Source: an uncultured Gammaproteobacteria bacterium
GTDB lineage: Bacteria > Patescibacteriota > Microgenomatia > Levybacterales > GWA1-39-11
Direction: 5' to 3'
DNA: 64,000 nucleotides
Assembly: GCA_964537315.1 (NCBI GenBank)
Contig: CAZIAP010000001.1
Location: 221,938 to 285,937, forward strand
Numbering within the stretch: position 1 is the stretch's first letter; each line of letters starts with the position of its first letter. Position numbers and translations under genes: made by a program. The notes under the pieces are model-generated. The model saw only the letters and a list, made by a program, of their open reading frames with translations, did not search any database and had not been told where the DNA came from. Below, piece by piece: positions 51,011 to 60,198 of this stretch.

Positions 51011-52168
51011 TTAATTCTTTTGTCTTAAAAACGCGGGGATGTCGAAGATGTCTTCATCTTCATCTTTTGGTTTTTCAGTCTGTGTAGGTTCAGGTTCATC
51101 TTGGTAGTTGTTATTTCCAAAGTAGTATGACCTATCACGACGTTCTTCAGGCTCTTGTTGACGGGCTTGATCTTCCTGTAGATCTCTACCAACCATCTGC
51201 TGTAATCTTCTTCTGGATTCATCAAATCCTGTTGCGATAACAGTAATCTTGATCTGATCGTGCAGATCTTCATCGATGGTAGCCCCAAAAATAATATTTG
51301 CGTCAGGATCAGCAGCTTTAGAGATAATCCTTGATGCTTCATCAACTTCTGCCATAGACAGATCTGAGCTTCCTGTAATATTAAAGAGTACGCCCCGTGC
51401 TCCATCCATAGAAACCTCAAGAAGAGGAGATGAAGTAGCTTGTTTTGCAGCAAGCTGTGCGCGATTTTCTCCTACACCCACACCAATACCCATAAGCGCA
51501 GTACCAGAATTGGACATAATGGATTTTACATCTGCAAAGTCTACATTAATAAGTCCTGATACCGTAATTAGATCTGAGATTCCTTGTACACCGTGAGTTA
51601 ATACAGAGTCTGCTACCTTGAAGGCTTCAAGCAGTGATAATTTTTTGTCGACAACCTCTAAAATTCGCTGATTTGGGATAACAATCAAGGTATCAACCTT
51701 ATCTTTCAGTTGCTCAATACCTTCTTCTGCAGAGACCATTCGGCGTGTTCCTTCAAACATAAATGGTTTTGTAACAACAGCAACAGTGAGCGCTCCTACC
51801 TCTTGTGCAACCTCAGCGATAACAGGCGTAGCACCGGTTCCGGTTCCTCCACCCATACCTGCTGTCAAAAACACCATATCTGATCCTTCGAGTAAATCTT
51901 TAATTTTTTCTCGGCTTTCCTCTGCTGCTTCCCTTCCCATCTCAGGATTTCCTCCAGATCCGAGACCACGAGTAAGATTTTCTCCAATTTGTACTTTGGT
52001 ATTTGCTTTAGAGTTAAGAAGAGCTTGCGCGTCAGTGTTTATACCAATGAAGTCAACGCCTGATATGGATCCGCTATCCACCATGGAATTAACAGCATTG
52101 TTACCTCCACCACCTACACCGATAACTCGTATCTTCGCAAAGCTTGCTGTTTGGGGCTTAATTAACAT
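51011..52168 (-). CDS. ftsZ: Cell division GTPase FtsZ
   Basis: [13 protein letters not shown] tubulin signature; T7 loop NVDFADV; disordered C-terminal tail ending in a conserved peptide (DIPAFLRQ). Confidence 0.95.
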   Translation of the reverse strand: MLIKPQTASFAKIRVIGVGGGGNNAVNSMVDSGSISGVDFIGINTDAQALLNSKANTKVQIGENLTRGLGSGGNPEMGREAAEESREKIKDLLEGSDMVFLTAGMGGGTGTGATPVIAEVAQEVGALTVAVVTKPFMFEGTRRMVSAEEGIEQLKDKVDTLIVIPNQRILEVVDKKLSLLEAFKVADSVLTHGVQGISDLITVSGLINVDFADVKSIMSNSGTALMGIGVGVGENRAQLAAKQATSSPLLEVSMDGARGVLFNITGSSDLSMAEVDEASRIISKAADPDANIIFGATIDEDLHDQIKITVIATGFDESRRRLQQMVGRDLQEDQARQQEPEERRDRSYYFGNNNYQDEPEPTQTEKPKDEDEDIFDIPAFLRQKN

Positions 52169-52284
52169 AGGTTAAAACTTCACTTGATACTAGCACAATG
52201 ATGAGTCATTTGCAATAATTTATTGGGATATAGTATTCAATACTAGGTATAGCTAATGAAGTTTTATTATTCAATTCAGCTTTT

Positions 52285-53571
52285 CTAAGGTATAAATTTC
52301 TTGAGAAGTTTTCGCAGTTTGGATGTTATATCATTCACAGGTTTCATTGAAACCCCACTGAACGCTCCTTCCAAGAATGAACCTTCTACTCCCCTGAAAT
52401 CTCTCCCGTACATTAAAAGACCGATAGGGGTTGCGTAAGATGGATTTTCGACATCGTCTATAAGTCCGGTAATATTTTGAGGAACACCAATTCTGACTGG
52501 CATAGAAAGCATACGCTTCGCCGCATCTTCAGCACCTGCTGTCCGTGCTCCTCCTCCGGTAATCACAATCCCGGCAGGAGTCTGAGTACCCAATCCGCTT
52601 TTTTTGATCTCAAGCCCTATCATAGTAAATAATTCATTTAGTCTTGGTCGAATAATACCCTCAACGAGAGTTTTATATGATACTTTTTTGATCTCTTCAG
52701 AAATTCCCAAACTTGAGATATCTATTTCATCAGAGGGCTTTTCTCCATTGTCGGAAGCTTTATGTCGGTTATGTTTTGCAAAGTGCTGAGAAAGGTATAA
52801 CTTAATTTTCTCTGCGCTTTCTAGTGAGATTCTTAGTCCTATGGCAAGATCATTTGTAATATGACGCGCTCCTATAGGAATAACGCTGGAGTGTACAATA
52901 GTTCCATCAACATAGATACAAATATTAGTAATCCCAGCTCCGATGTCTGCCATGATTACACCCAACTCTTTTTCGGTCTCAGTCAAAACCGCAAGAGAAG
53001 AAGCAAAACCAGAGAACACCATTGCATTTACTTGCACTCCACCCTCTGTTTCAAGTACCCGCTGAATATTTTTAACTGACGTAGTGTTTGATGTAATTAT
53101 ATGAGTGTCTACTTCCAAACGAACACCTGTCATACCTACAGGGTCTTTAATACCAGGCTCTCCATCGACAGTAAAGGTTTTCGGCAGTACGTGCACAATT
53201 GATTTGGTAGTAGGGATCGAAACAGCCCCTGCAGCTTCTAAAACACGGTCGATATCAGTTGGTATAATCTCACCCTGAGGCTGAGAAATAGCTACGATTC
53301 CTTTTGAGTTCTGACTGTCTATGTGTACTCCGCTTATGGAAACAAACACCTTATCGATAGAGCTTCCAGCCATTCTTTCTGCTATATCCAGCGACTGATT
53401 CAGAGCATTAGCAGTATCTTCAATATCAACAATCTGACCCTTGCGGATACCTTTAGAAGGTACTTCAGATACACCAAGGATATTAATTACTTCCTCTTGT
53501 GCCTGACCAATGACGGTTGCAATTTTTGAAGACCCGATATCGACACCTACAACAATTTGAGAATCACGCAT
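52285..53571 (-). CDS. ftsA: Cell division protein FtsA (actin-like ATPase)
   Basis: IVVGVDIGSSKIATVIG phosphate-1 motif; ...VITGGGARTAG... adenosine motif; C-terminal amphipathic tail. Confidence 0.9.
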   Translation of the reverse strand: MRDSQIVVGVDIGSSKIATVIGQAQEEVINILGVSEVPSKGIRKGQIVDIEDTANALNQSLDIAERMAGSSIDKVFVSISGVHIDSQNSKGIVAISQPQGEIIPTDIDRVLEAAGAVSIPTTKSIVHVLPKTFTVDGEPGIKDPVGMTGVRLEVDTHIITSNTTSVKNIQRVLETEGGVQVNAMVFSGFASSLAVLTETEKELGVIMADIGAGITNICIYVDGTIVHSSVIPIGARHITNDLAIGLRISLESAEKIKLYLSQHFAKHNRHKASDNGEKPSDEIDISSLGISEEIKKVSYKTLVEGIIRPRLNELFTMIGLEIKKSGLGTQTPAGIVITGGGARTAGAEDAAKRMLSMPVRIGVPQNITGLIDDVENPSYATPIGLLMYGRDFRGVEGSFLEGAFSGVSMKPVNDITSKLRKLLKKFIP

Positions 53572-53589
53572 AGTCTATTTAAGTATACA

Positions 53590-54012
53590 CTAGAATTTCA
53601 CAACAGGCTTTCCAAAACGAAAATCGATCCGTTCAGGCTGCTTATTATCTATTGTAAGCTTATAGATTATTGAATGTAAAGAGGTTATTTGCCACTCTAT
53701 ATCATACTCGCTAGAAAACAGTACCTTTGGTCCATTGTCCAGCTCTACAGTAAGAACTGATTTATTTAATGAAAGGGTTTTAGACTTAACAGTAAAACCT
53801 TTGTCTTTCAGCTTCTCATCTATATCTGAAAACTGATTCTGGCGTAGGTAGGGACTTGCAAATACTGTCTGCTCAGGAGTGAGAAAGTGCAAGATTTTCC
53901 CGCCTGTGTATAGTAAGCCTGCGAGTAAAAATACTAATCCGGCAAATAGGAATAAAATCTTATAAAGTTTGGATGTTTTAGTATTACTTCTTTTTATTTT
54001 TCTTTTTCTCAT
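53590..54012 (-). CDS. Small FtsQ/DivIB-like membrane protein (single TM plus short beta domain)
   Basis: Located between murG and ftsA, where ftsQ normally sits. Basic N-tail MRKRKIKRSNTKTSK, TM LYKILFLFAGLVFLLAGLLY, then a ~100-aa extracytoplasmic domain. The ATG at 54012 is preferred; the track start at 54057 would overlap murG by 74 nt. Confidence 0.45.
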   Translation of the reverse strand: MRKRKIKRSNTKTSKLYKILFLFAGLVFLLAGLLYTGGKILHFLTPEQTVFASPYLRQNQFSDIDEKLKDKGFTVKSKTLSLNKSVLTVELDNGPKVLFSSEYDIEWQITSLHSIIYKLTIDNKQPERIDFRFGKPVVKF

Positions 54013-55108
54013 ACTGGGCAGTAAGTTCAGCGACAATACGTTTTGCGCTATCAACAAAAATGTATTTATCTATTATACCCTGTGTTACTTTGTATTTTTC
54101 AATATCACTTACCATATCATCTATAGTCTGCACGAGTAGATCAGCCGTCAGGTCTTTCTGTTCTACTATCTTTCCTAGACCAAGACTCTCGATTAATCGC
54201 GCATTTTGAAGTTGCTCTCCTGTCTGACCATGAGATAAAGGAATTAAAATGCTTGGTTTATTACAAGCAATAAGTTCTAAAGCTGTATTTGCCCCAGATC
54301 GTCCGATGACCAATGTTGCATTTTTGTACACGTACCCTATCTCAGTAGGAAAAATAAATTTTCGTGGAATATATCGATCACGAATATCCGAATTTAGTCG
54401 GGCTTTTATTTGTTCTGAAGCCTGAAAGTCATTGAATTCATTCTCCCCTGTCTGGTGAATTACAATATATTTTTTTACTAACTCTGAAATTGCACTATTA
54501 ACCGTACGATTGATTACATGAGATCCGGTACTTCCTCCGGTAATATACAGAATAGGATAACCCTTAGGATGCATTATTTTGTCTTGGACTGAATAAATAC
54601 TATCACGTACAGGATTACCCGTAACTACAACCCTATTATGAGAAATTATATCTTTTGATGACTCAAATGAGACACATACTACACTTGCAACTTTGGATAT
54701 TATCTTATTTGATAGTCCCATCCTTTGTGTCTGCTCGTGTGTAACTACAGGAATACCTAACATCCATGCAGCATAGGCAATAGGAAGAGCAAGATATCCA
54801 CCGAAAGTAAGTACAACATCCGGTTTTGAGCTATTTAAAATCTTAATTGCATTAAAAAGTCCTAATGGAGTTCTTATCAGAGAAGTTATGGTATGTCTTG
54901 TGAATTTGCGTTGAAGTCTACCTGTTTTTAACTCAATAAACGGGAGATTTAGCTCCTTGCTAACTTTAAACTCAAAAGAGTCAGACGTCTTATCACCTTC
55001 AAACGGGTGACGTCTTCCGACAATCACAACTTCTGCATTAATCTTCTGCAGTTCTTCTATCACAGAGTATGCCGGAGAAAAATGTCCTCCTGTCAACAGT
55101 ACTTTCAT
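53984..55108 (-). CDS. murG: UDP-GlcNAc:undecaprenyl-PP-MurNAc-pentapeptide GlcNAc transferase
   Basis: MKVLLTGGHFSPAYSV N-terminal G-loop and GT28 C-terminal domain ...YITGGSTGSH... Confidence 0.9.
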   Translation of the reverse strand: MKVLLTGGHFSPAYSVIEELQKINAEVVIVGRRHPFEGDKTSDSFEFKVSKELNLPFIELKTGRLQRKFTRHTITSLIRTPLGLFNAIKILNSSKPDVVLTFGGYLALPIAYAAWMLGIPVVTHEQTQRMGLSNKIISKVASVVCVSFESSKDIISHNRVVVTGNPVRDSIYSVQDKIMHPKGYPILYITGGSTGSHVINRTVNSAISELVKKYIVIHQTGENEFNDFQASEQIKARLNSDIRDRYIPRKFIFPTEIGYVYKNATLVIGRSGANTALELIACNKPSILIPLSHGQTGEQLQNARLIESLGLGKIVEQKDLTADLLVQTIDDMVSDIEKYKVTQGIIDKYIFVDSAKRIVAELTAQYEKKKNKKK

Positions 55109-56196
55109 CTTTTTCTTGTTGCTCCTTTCCCTGAAAAACGTGCAATAGACATCATTATTCCGATAGCCGCAAAGTTAATAAGCATCGATGATCCTCCGTA
55201 TGAAATAAACGGCAGTGGAACACCAGTTAAGGGAACAATAACCACTTGTGACCCCAGATTTAAAAAGGACTGAATACATAAAAATGTAATAATTCCTATA
55301 CCCAAAAGCATTCCAAACGCATCAGGCGACCTAAACGCAATAAGAAAACCAATATACAACTGTAAACCGATTATACCAAGAAGTAAAAGAGAGCCTAAAA
55401 ATCCTGTTTCCTCCGCGTACATTGCAAAGATTGAATCTGTTGTATTTTCAGGTACGTATGCATATTTTTGTACAGAGTTACCTAAGCCAACCCCAGTCAA
55501 TCCTCCAGACCCTACAGCAATTAGTACCTGACGTATATGATATGAAGTAGTCGAAAGATCGTTTACATCAAAATTTTGAAACGCCATAAAACGTTCAACT
55601 CGGTATGGTTCGAGCTTGATAAGCATTACGATACCTAACACCATAATAATCCCTAGCAAAGCCATCTCTGTCCATTTGGTACCCGCCAAAAAATAAACAG
55701 TAATTGACATCGTAGAAACCACTAACGCTGTCCCCAAGTCCGGTTCCATCGCAACAAGTCCTACACACAGTAGAAATAAAATCAAAAAAGCAGGAAGTCT
55801 TTTTTCTTCTTTTTTAGATAGCCAAGCGGCTAAATAAATTGTGAGTGAGATTTTCAAAAGCTCTGAAGGCTGAATTACGATAAAGCCCAGATCTATCCAG
55901 CGGTGTGATCCTTTTAACTCCAGTCCTATTCCAGGTAAAAAAACCGCTACTAAAAGCACAATTGTTCCTATCAAAATTGGTAGTGCCAATGGATATGCTT
56001 TTCTATAATCGAAACGTGAAATTACACCTGCGACTACAAGACCTCCTAGTACCCAAATTAACTGATTTTTCACAAAATGGTACTTATCACCTATATTGAG
56101 AAGTGCAGTATAAGACGAACTTTCATAAAGGATAAACACTCCCAAGAGTGACAACAACAGCGTAATCAGGAATAGAAAAATACCAAGTTTTTGCAT
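55105..56196 (-). CDS. ftsW: SEDS family lipid II polymerase FtsW
   Basis: SEDS motifs ...RWIDLGFIVIQPSEL..., ...DLGTALV..., ...YVPENTTDSIFA... Positioned between mraY and murG in the dcw cluster. Confidence 0.85.
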   Translation of the reverse strand: MQKLGIFLFLITLLLSLLGVFILYESSSYTALLNIGDKYHFVKNQLIWVLGGLVVAGVISRFDYRKAYPLALPILIGTIVLLVAVFLPGIGLELKGSHRWIDLGFIVIQPSELLKISLTIYLAAWLSKKEEKRLPAFLILFLLCVGLVAMEPDLGTALVVSTMSITVYFLAGTKWTEMALLGIIMVLGIVMLIKLEPYRVERFMAFQNFDVNDLSTTSYHIRQVLIAVGSGGLTGVGLGNSVQKYAYVPENTTDSIFAMYAEETGFLGSLLLLGIIGLQLYIGFLIAFRSPDAFGMLLGIGIITFLCIQSFLNLGSQVVIVPLTGVPLPFISYGGSSMLINFAAIGIMMSIARFSGKGATRKR

Positions 56197-56220
56197 ATCA
56201 CTGCGTGTCCGGGAAATAAA

Positions 56221-57228
56221 TTATTTAATAAAGGCAATATATAGTCCGAGCAGCGCGAATAAAATTCCAATCAGCCAAGCCCTCATGACAATTTTCGGTT
56301 CTTCCCAACCTTTTTTTTGAAAATACAGATGTATAGGGGCGATTGGAAGGAACCGGCGGTTAAAGTATTTTTTACCAACAATTTGAATAAGCGATGATGC
56401 AACTTCCAGTACAAAAACTCCTCCAATTACGGCTAAAGCAGATGTTTTACCAGTTAGTAATCCAATTACAGCGAGTACCGCACCCAGAGATAAAGACCCG
56501 ACATCTCCCAGCCAAATACGCGCAGGGAAAACATTAAAGTAAAGGAATGCTAGAACCGCACCTAGCACAATCGCAATAAATATTGCCAAGAAACTATCTA
56601 ACATGCTATGAGAAATTACAAGAAAAGCAATTACGCTTATCAAGAACAATCCTGATGCGAGGCCATCTAAACCATCAGTAATGTTCATCGCGTTTGCGAA
56701 AGAAACTATAATGAAAGCGGCAAAAAGTATAAAAGCTATACCCATCGTAATTTGCCCGAGCCAATGCACATATACAAATGAATATCCTAACTGAAAATAG
56801 AATACACAGCCAATAATTAGCGCCAGTATCCATTGAATTATAAATTTTTGCCTGAAGCGTAAACCAAAAAATGAGGATCCGGATTTGAATGTTTTCTTAA
56901 TGTCATCATAAAAACCTAGTAAACCAAATCCCACAAATGAAAAAAGAAGTACAAACAGTTCCCAGAACTTTACTTCTACTGAAAACAAACCATATGCCCA
57001 AAGTGTAAGTAAGGTCACGACAAAAATTATTAGCAAACCTCCTCCAATTGGAGTACCGACTTTCCACCTACTCATCTTGTCAAATTCAGGGGTCAATTTA
57101 TTCAACGGGTCTCTTGTTTTCTGCATCTGGCGCTGAAACTTTAGTTTGTATAAAAAGTCAATAAAAGGCACCAAAAGCATCGCCGTAATAAAAAATGATA
57201 GAATCGCAAAACCGAAAATTTTATCCAT
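56221..57228 (-). CDS. mraY: Phospho-N-acetylmuramoyl-pentapeptide transferase
   Basis: FANAMNITDGLDGLASG and ...FLYFNVFPARIWLGDVGSLSLG... are PNPT/MraY signatures. Confidence 0.9.
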   Translation of the reverse strand: MDKIFGFAILSFFITAMLLVPFIDFLYKLKFQRQMQKTRDPLNKLTPEFDKMSRWKVGTPIGGGLLIIFVVTLLTLWAYGLFSVEVKFWELFVLLFSFVGFGLLGFYDDIKKTFKSGSSFFGLRFRQKFIIQWILALIIGCVFYFQLGYSFVYVHWLGQITMGIAFILFAAFIIVSFANAMNITDGLDGLASGLFLISVIAFLVISHSMLDSFLAIFIAIVLGAVLAFLYFNVFPARIWLGDVGSLSLGAVLAVIGLLTGKTSALAVIGGVFVLEVASSLIQIVGKKYFNRRFLPIAPIHLYFQKKGWEEPKIVMRAWLIGILFALLGLYIAFIK

Positions 57229-57271
57229 AATGTTATTATATGCTTGTTAACCTACTCAAACAAGTCAGCAG

Positions 57272-58897
57272 TTATGAGTTTTTGTATACGGGGTTATGTA
57301 TTAACAGGTCGAGAACCGACTGAGACTCCTTCCCTTCAAAAATAACTATATCTTTTGTTCCATACTCTTGCTTAATCAGCTCACTCATTTTCTTTGGAGA
57401 AGCAACAGTTACTTTACATTTGTTTCCTGAATCATTGATCCCTTTAATAATCTGTGTATAGAAATTTTTATTCATTAAAAATAAATGGTCACAAACCTTA
57501 CCAATTTGCTGTCCAATTTCATAGTGATTTTGCTTTCCGTTCTTTCCGAGTTCAATCATCGGTTGAAGCACTAAAACTTTTTTTCCTTTTTGGTGTGATA
57601 AATATTCGACTGCTGACAGGACTGATGCCGGATTTGCGTTATATGTATCGTCTATATAAAGTACGTCGTTTTCTCCTATAAAAGGTTCCATTGTTTTATA
57701 TAATGGCTTAATTAATCGAAGTGCTTCTGTGATCTCAGATTTTGTCATTTTTAGCTGTTGACCTACAAATATTCCCGGAAGAATATTTTGTATGTGGTGT
57801 TCTCCTACCAGATCAACACGTAATCTTCGATACTCTTTATTTCCTACCAATGCATCAAATGTCAAAAAAGTAGGATGTACTTTAACATTGTGTGCGACGA
57901 TCTGTGCATTATGTTGAGATTTATTGCCTGTGTAATATAAATATTTTTTTCTTCTCCGCGTGTGTCGGAAAAGTTCAGAACTGTTTTCATTATTTCCGTT
58001 AAACAGGGCTATTCCATCAGAAGGCAATGATTCAATTAGTTCATATTTTGCCCTTTTTGTATTCTCTACACTTCCAAATAATGAAACGTGTTGATCATTT
58101 ACTGCAGTCAGAACTCCAATTTTAGGTCTTACAAACTCACACATTTCAGCAATCTCACCAATTTTATAAGCTCCCATCTCTGCTATAAAAATTTCAGTAC
58201 TTTTGTTTAATTTTGAGATAATGACACGCGCAATTCCGATGGGGGTATTGTGTGTGGAAGGAGTTTTTAAAGTATTAAACTTGGAAGATAAAATTGTATA
58301 CATGTACTCTTTGGTCGAGCCTTTTCCATAACTTCCTGTAATGCCGATTACAAGAAGTTTTTTATATCTTCGGATTTTCTTAATTGCTTTGTTGATTTGA
58401 GTGTCTTTATAAAAAATTGAAGGAAAGGAAAAAAGACCCATCAAAACTGCTATTATTCCTACCACTAATTTATCAATAAATACTAACCAGAAAAATCTAT
58501 CTAGTAATGGGATAAAAAGAAAAAGGAAAACTAACGCTACAGTACCTCCAGCAATTAATATTAATTTGGGAGTAAAAACAGGCAGCTTAACTTTTTTTTG
58601 AATTATATCTAACAAAAATCGGACTGCTTCATACGCGTAAATACCACACACTGCCCATGGCACTAAAGGATAATACTCAGAATAAAAAATGGTGAAAAAG
58701 TAAAAAAAAATTACTGCAGTTTTAGCGACTGGTTCAAAACCCAGTACCAATGATCGTCCTTGTTTTGTTTCCCGAACATGAACAATTAGCCGGTCAAGAC
58801 GGTATTCTTTGATCTGCCATAAATATAACCAATAGATAATAGTACGTACTAGATGAATTATGAACAAACAGTACGTTACGGTAAATAATATGTCCAT
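57272..58897 (-). CDS. murF: UDP-MurNAc-tripeptide--D-Ala-D-Ala ligase (MurF-like Mur ligase) with an unusual N-terminal ~170-aa polytopic membrane segment in place of the canonical N-terminal domain
   Basis: Central domain GITGSYGKGSTKEYM (P-loop variant) and C-terminal DDTYNANPASVLSAVEYL, the MurF hallmark DDSYNANP. The N-terminal 170 aa contain about 5 hydrophobic helices (LFTVTYCLFIIHLVRTIIYWLYLW..., AVIFFYFFTIFY..., LILIAGGTVALVFLFLFIPLL..., LVVGIIAVLMGLFSFPSIF). Confidence 0.75.
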   Translation of the reverse strand: MDILFTVTYCLFIIHLVRTIIYWLYLWQIKEYRLDRLIVHVRETKQGRSLVLGFEPVAKTAVIFFYFFTIFYSEYYPLVPWAVCGIYAYEAVRFLLDIIQKKVKLPVFTPKLILIAGGTVALVFLFLFIPLLDRFFWLVFIDKLVVGIIAVLMGLFSFPSIFYKDTQINKAIKKIRRYKKLLVIGITGSYGKGSTKEYMYTILSSKFNTLKTPSTHNTPIGIARVIISKLNKSTEIFIAEMGAYKIGEIAEMCEFVRPKIGVLTAVNDQHVSLFGSVENTKRAKYELIESLPSDGIALFNGNNENSSELFRHTRRRKKYLYYTGNKSQHNAQIVAHNVKVHPTFLTFDALVGNKEYRRLRVDLVGEHHIQNILPGIFVGQQLKMTKSEITEALRLIKPLYKTMEPFIGENDVLYIDDTYNANPASVLSAVEYLSHQKGKKVLVLQPMIELGKNGKQNHYEIGQQIGKVCDHLFLMNKNFYTQIIKGINDSGNKCKVTVASPKKMSELIKQEYGTKDIVIFEGKESQSVLDLLIHNPVYKNS

Positions 58898-58994
58898 ATA
58901 TGATATAGCGCTATTATAAAAGACATCCGACTTAAAAGCCAGCTTCTTTTATTATATAGTGAGCTACATGGATAGAGAAATAATTAGAGGGTAT

Positions 58995-59453
58995 TTATAT
59001 TAATGTATCGATCATCAATCGGTATACATTTGTATTTCGTTTTTTAAATCCTAAACGCTGGTATAGATGATTTGCTGCTTCTCTCTCAGGTCGAGAAGTC
59101 AAACCAATATAGGTAAGTCCTAGTTCTCTGGCTTTACCGATTCCTGCATACATTAACTTTTCCCCAAGACCGTTACCTCTGTACACTTCGTCTACAACAA
59201 CATCTTCTATATATCCGCGAGTTGCGCTAGGAGTACTGTACGTTACCAAAGTAAGTGTTCCGACAATTGCGTCGTTTTCTTCAGCTTTTGCAACAAATAA
59301 ATACGTGTTAGGGACATCAATTATTTTTTGCAGATCATTTAGAGTAAGTGAACGAATATCGGGATTTAGCTGCCTCATCAAATTGTTTAGAGCTGTTAGG
59401 GTTTCCTCAGATACCCTCGTAACTTGGTCAATGTAAAATTTTTGATCATTCAT
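58995..59453 (-). CDS. GNAT family N-acetyltransferase
   Basis: Acetyl-CoA binding motif VVVDEVYRGNGLGEKLMYAGIGKARELG (Q/R-x-x-G-x-G/A). 152 aa. Confidence 0.8.
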   Translation of the reverse strand: MNDQKFYIDQVTRVSEETLTALNNLMRQLNPDIRSLTLNDLQKIIDVPNTYLFVAKAEENDAIVGTLTLVTYSTPSATRGYIEDVVVDEVYRGNGLGEKLMYAGIGKARELGLTYIGLTSRPEREAANHLYQRLGFKKRNTNVYRLMIDTLI

Positions 59454-59454
59454 A

Positions 59455-60198
59455 TTATGCTACTATTAGCTTCTCTGCTTCTTTTAACTCTTCGGGCGTA
59501 TTAATTCCCCTCCAGTTTAGTCCTTTTACAGTATGTGTAGTGATTTTCTTCTTCTCTTGTACTGCTTTTTCGATTAATGCAGTTATATAATACTCTCCTG
59601 TTACCGGGCTTTTCTGCAATGATTCAAGTTCTTCTTTTAAGAAAGAATAATCAAACATATAACATGCAGGATTAATTTCTTGTATCATTCTCTGTTCTTC
59701 AGTAGCGTCCTTTTCTTCGATTATTCCTATCACTTCATTATTTTGGTTTCGAAGAATTCTTCCAAGTCCGGTCGGATTTTCCATTATCAAAGTCAGAAAT
59801 GAAACCGCAGCTTGTTCATCTTTGTGTTTTTTATATAGCTCACTCAAAATTTCAGGAGTAAAAACATACGAATCATCACCGTTTAAAACTAAAACTGTCT
59901 GTGCGTCTTGAATTTTTTCAAGAGCAACTTTCACAGCGTGACCCGTTCCCAGCTGCTCTGTCTGCTCAGCAATAACTACATCACCATCCAAACACTTAAG
60001 TATAGATTCCTTGGCAAACCCAACAACTACTGCAATATTATGAATCCCCGCTTTTCTAAGATTCGATACTGTATGTGAAATAATTGGTTTTCCTGCAAGT
60101 GGAAGCGCTACCTTATTAATGTCTTTAGAGTTCATGCGGGTACCTTTTCCCGCTGCCATAACAATTGCCCACACTGATTCAAGAGATTGATCTGTCAT
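59455..60198 (-). CDS. Sugar-1-phosphate nucleotidyltransferase (GlmU N-terminal-domain-like uridylyltransferase), lacking the LbH acetyltransferase domain
   Basis: AIVMAAGKGTRMNSKDINKVALPLAGKPII matches the GlmU/RmlA G-x-G-T-R-M nucleotide-binding loop. 247 aa. 1-nt gap to the GNAT gene and 4-nt overlap with murA. Confidence 0.75.
   Translation of the reverse strand: MTDQSLESVWAIVMAAGKGTRMNSKDINKVALPLAGKPIISHTVSNLRKAGIHNIAVVVGFAKESILKCLDGDVVIAEQTEQLGTGHAVKVALEKIQDAQTVLVLNGDDSYVFTPEILSELYKKHKDEQAAVSFLTLIMENPTGLGRILRNQNNEVIGIIEEKDATEEQRMIQEINPACYMFDYSFLKEELESLQKSPVTGEYYITALIEKAVQEKKKITTHTVKGLNWRGINTPEELKEAEKLIVA

Noticed and set aside
51025-52175. ORFs overlapping ftsZ (51025..51453 minus frame, 51276..51596 plus, 51786..52175 plus)
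   Set aside because: Embedded in a highly conserved ftsZ coding region. The proline/alanine-rich translations are frame artefacts of the GC-richer gene. No independent support.
57272-58897. Possibility that the N-terminal membrane segment of murF is a separate upstream gene
   Set aside because: There is no stop codon between the membrane segment and the ligase domains in this frame, and no obvious internal RBS/start with intergenic gap. Kept as one CDS, but flagged as a finding needing verification.
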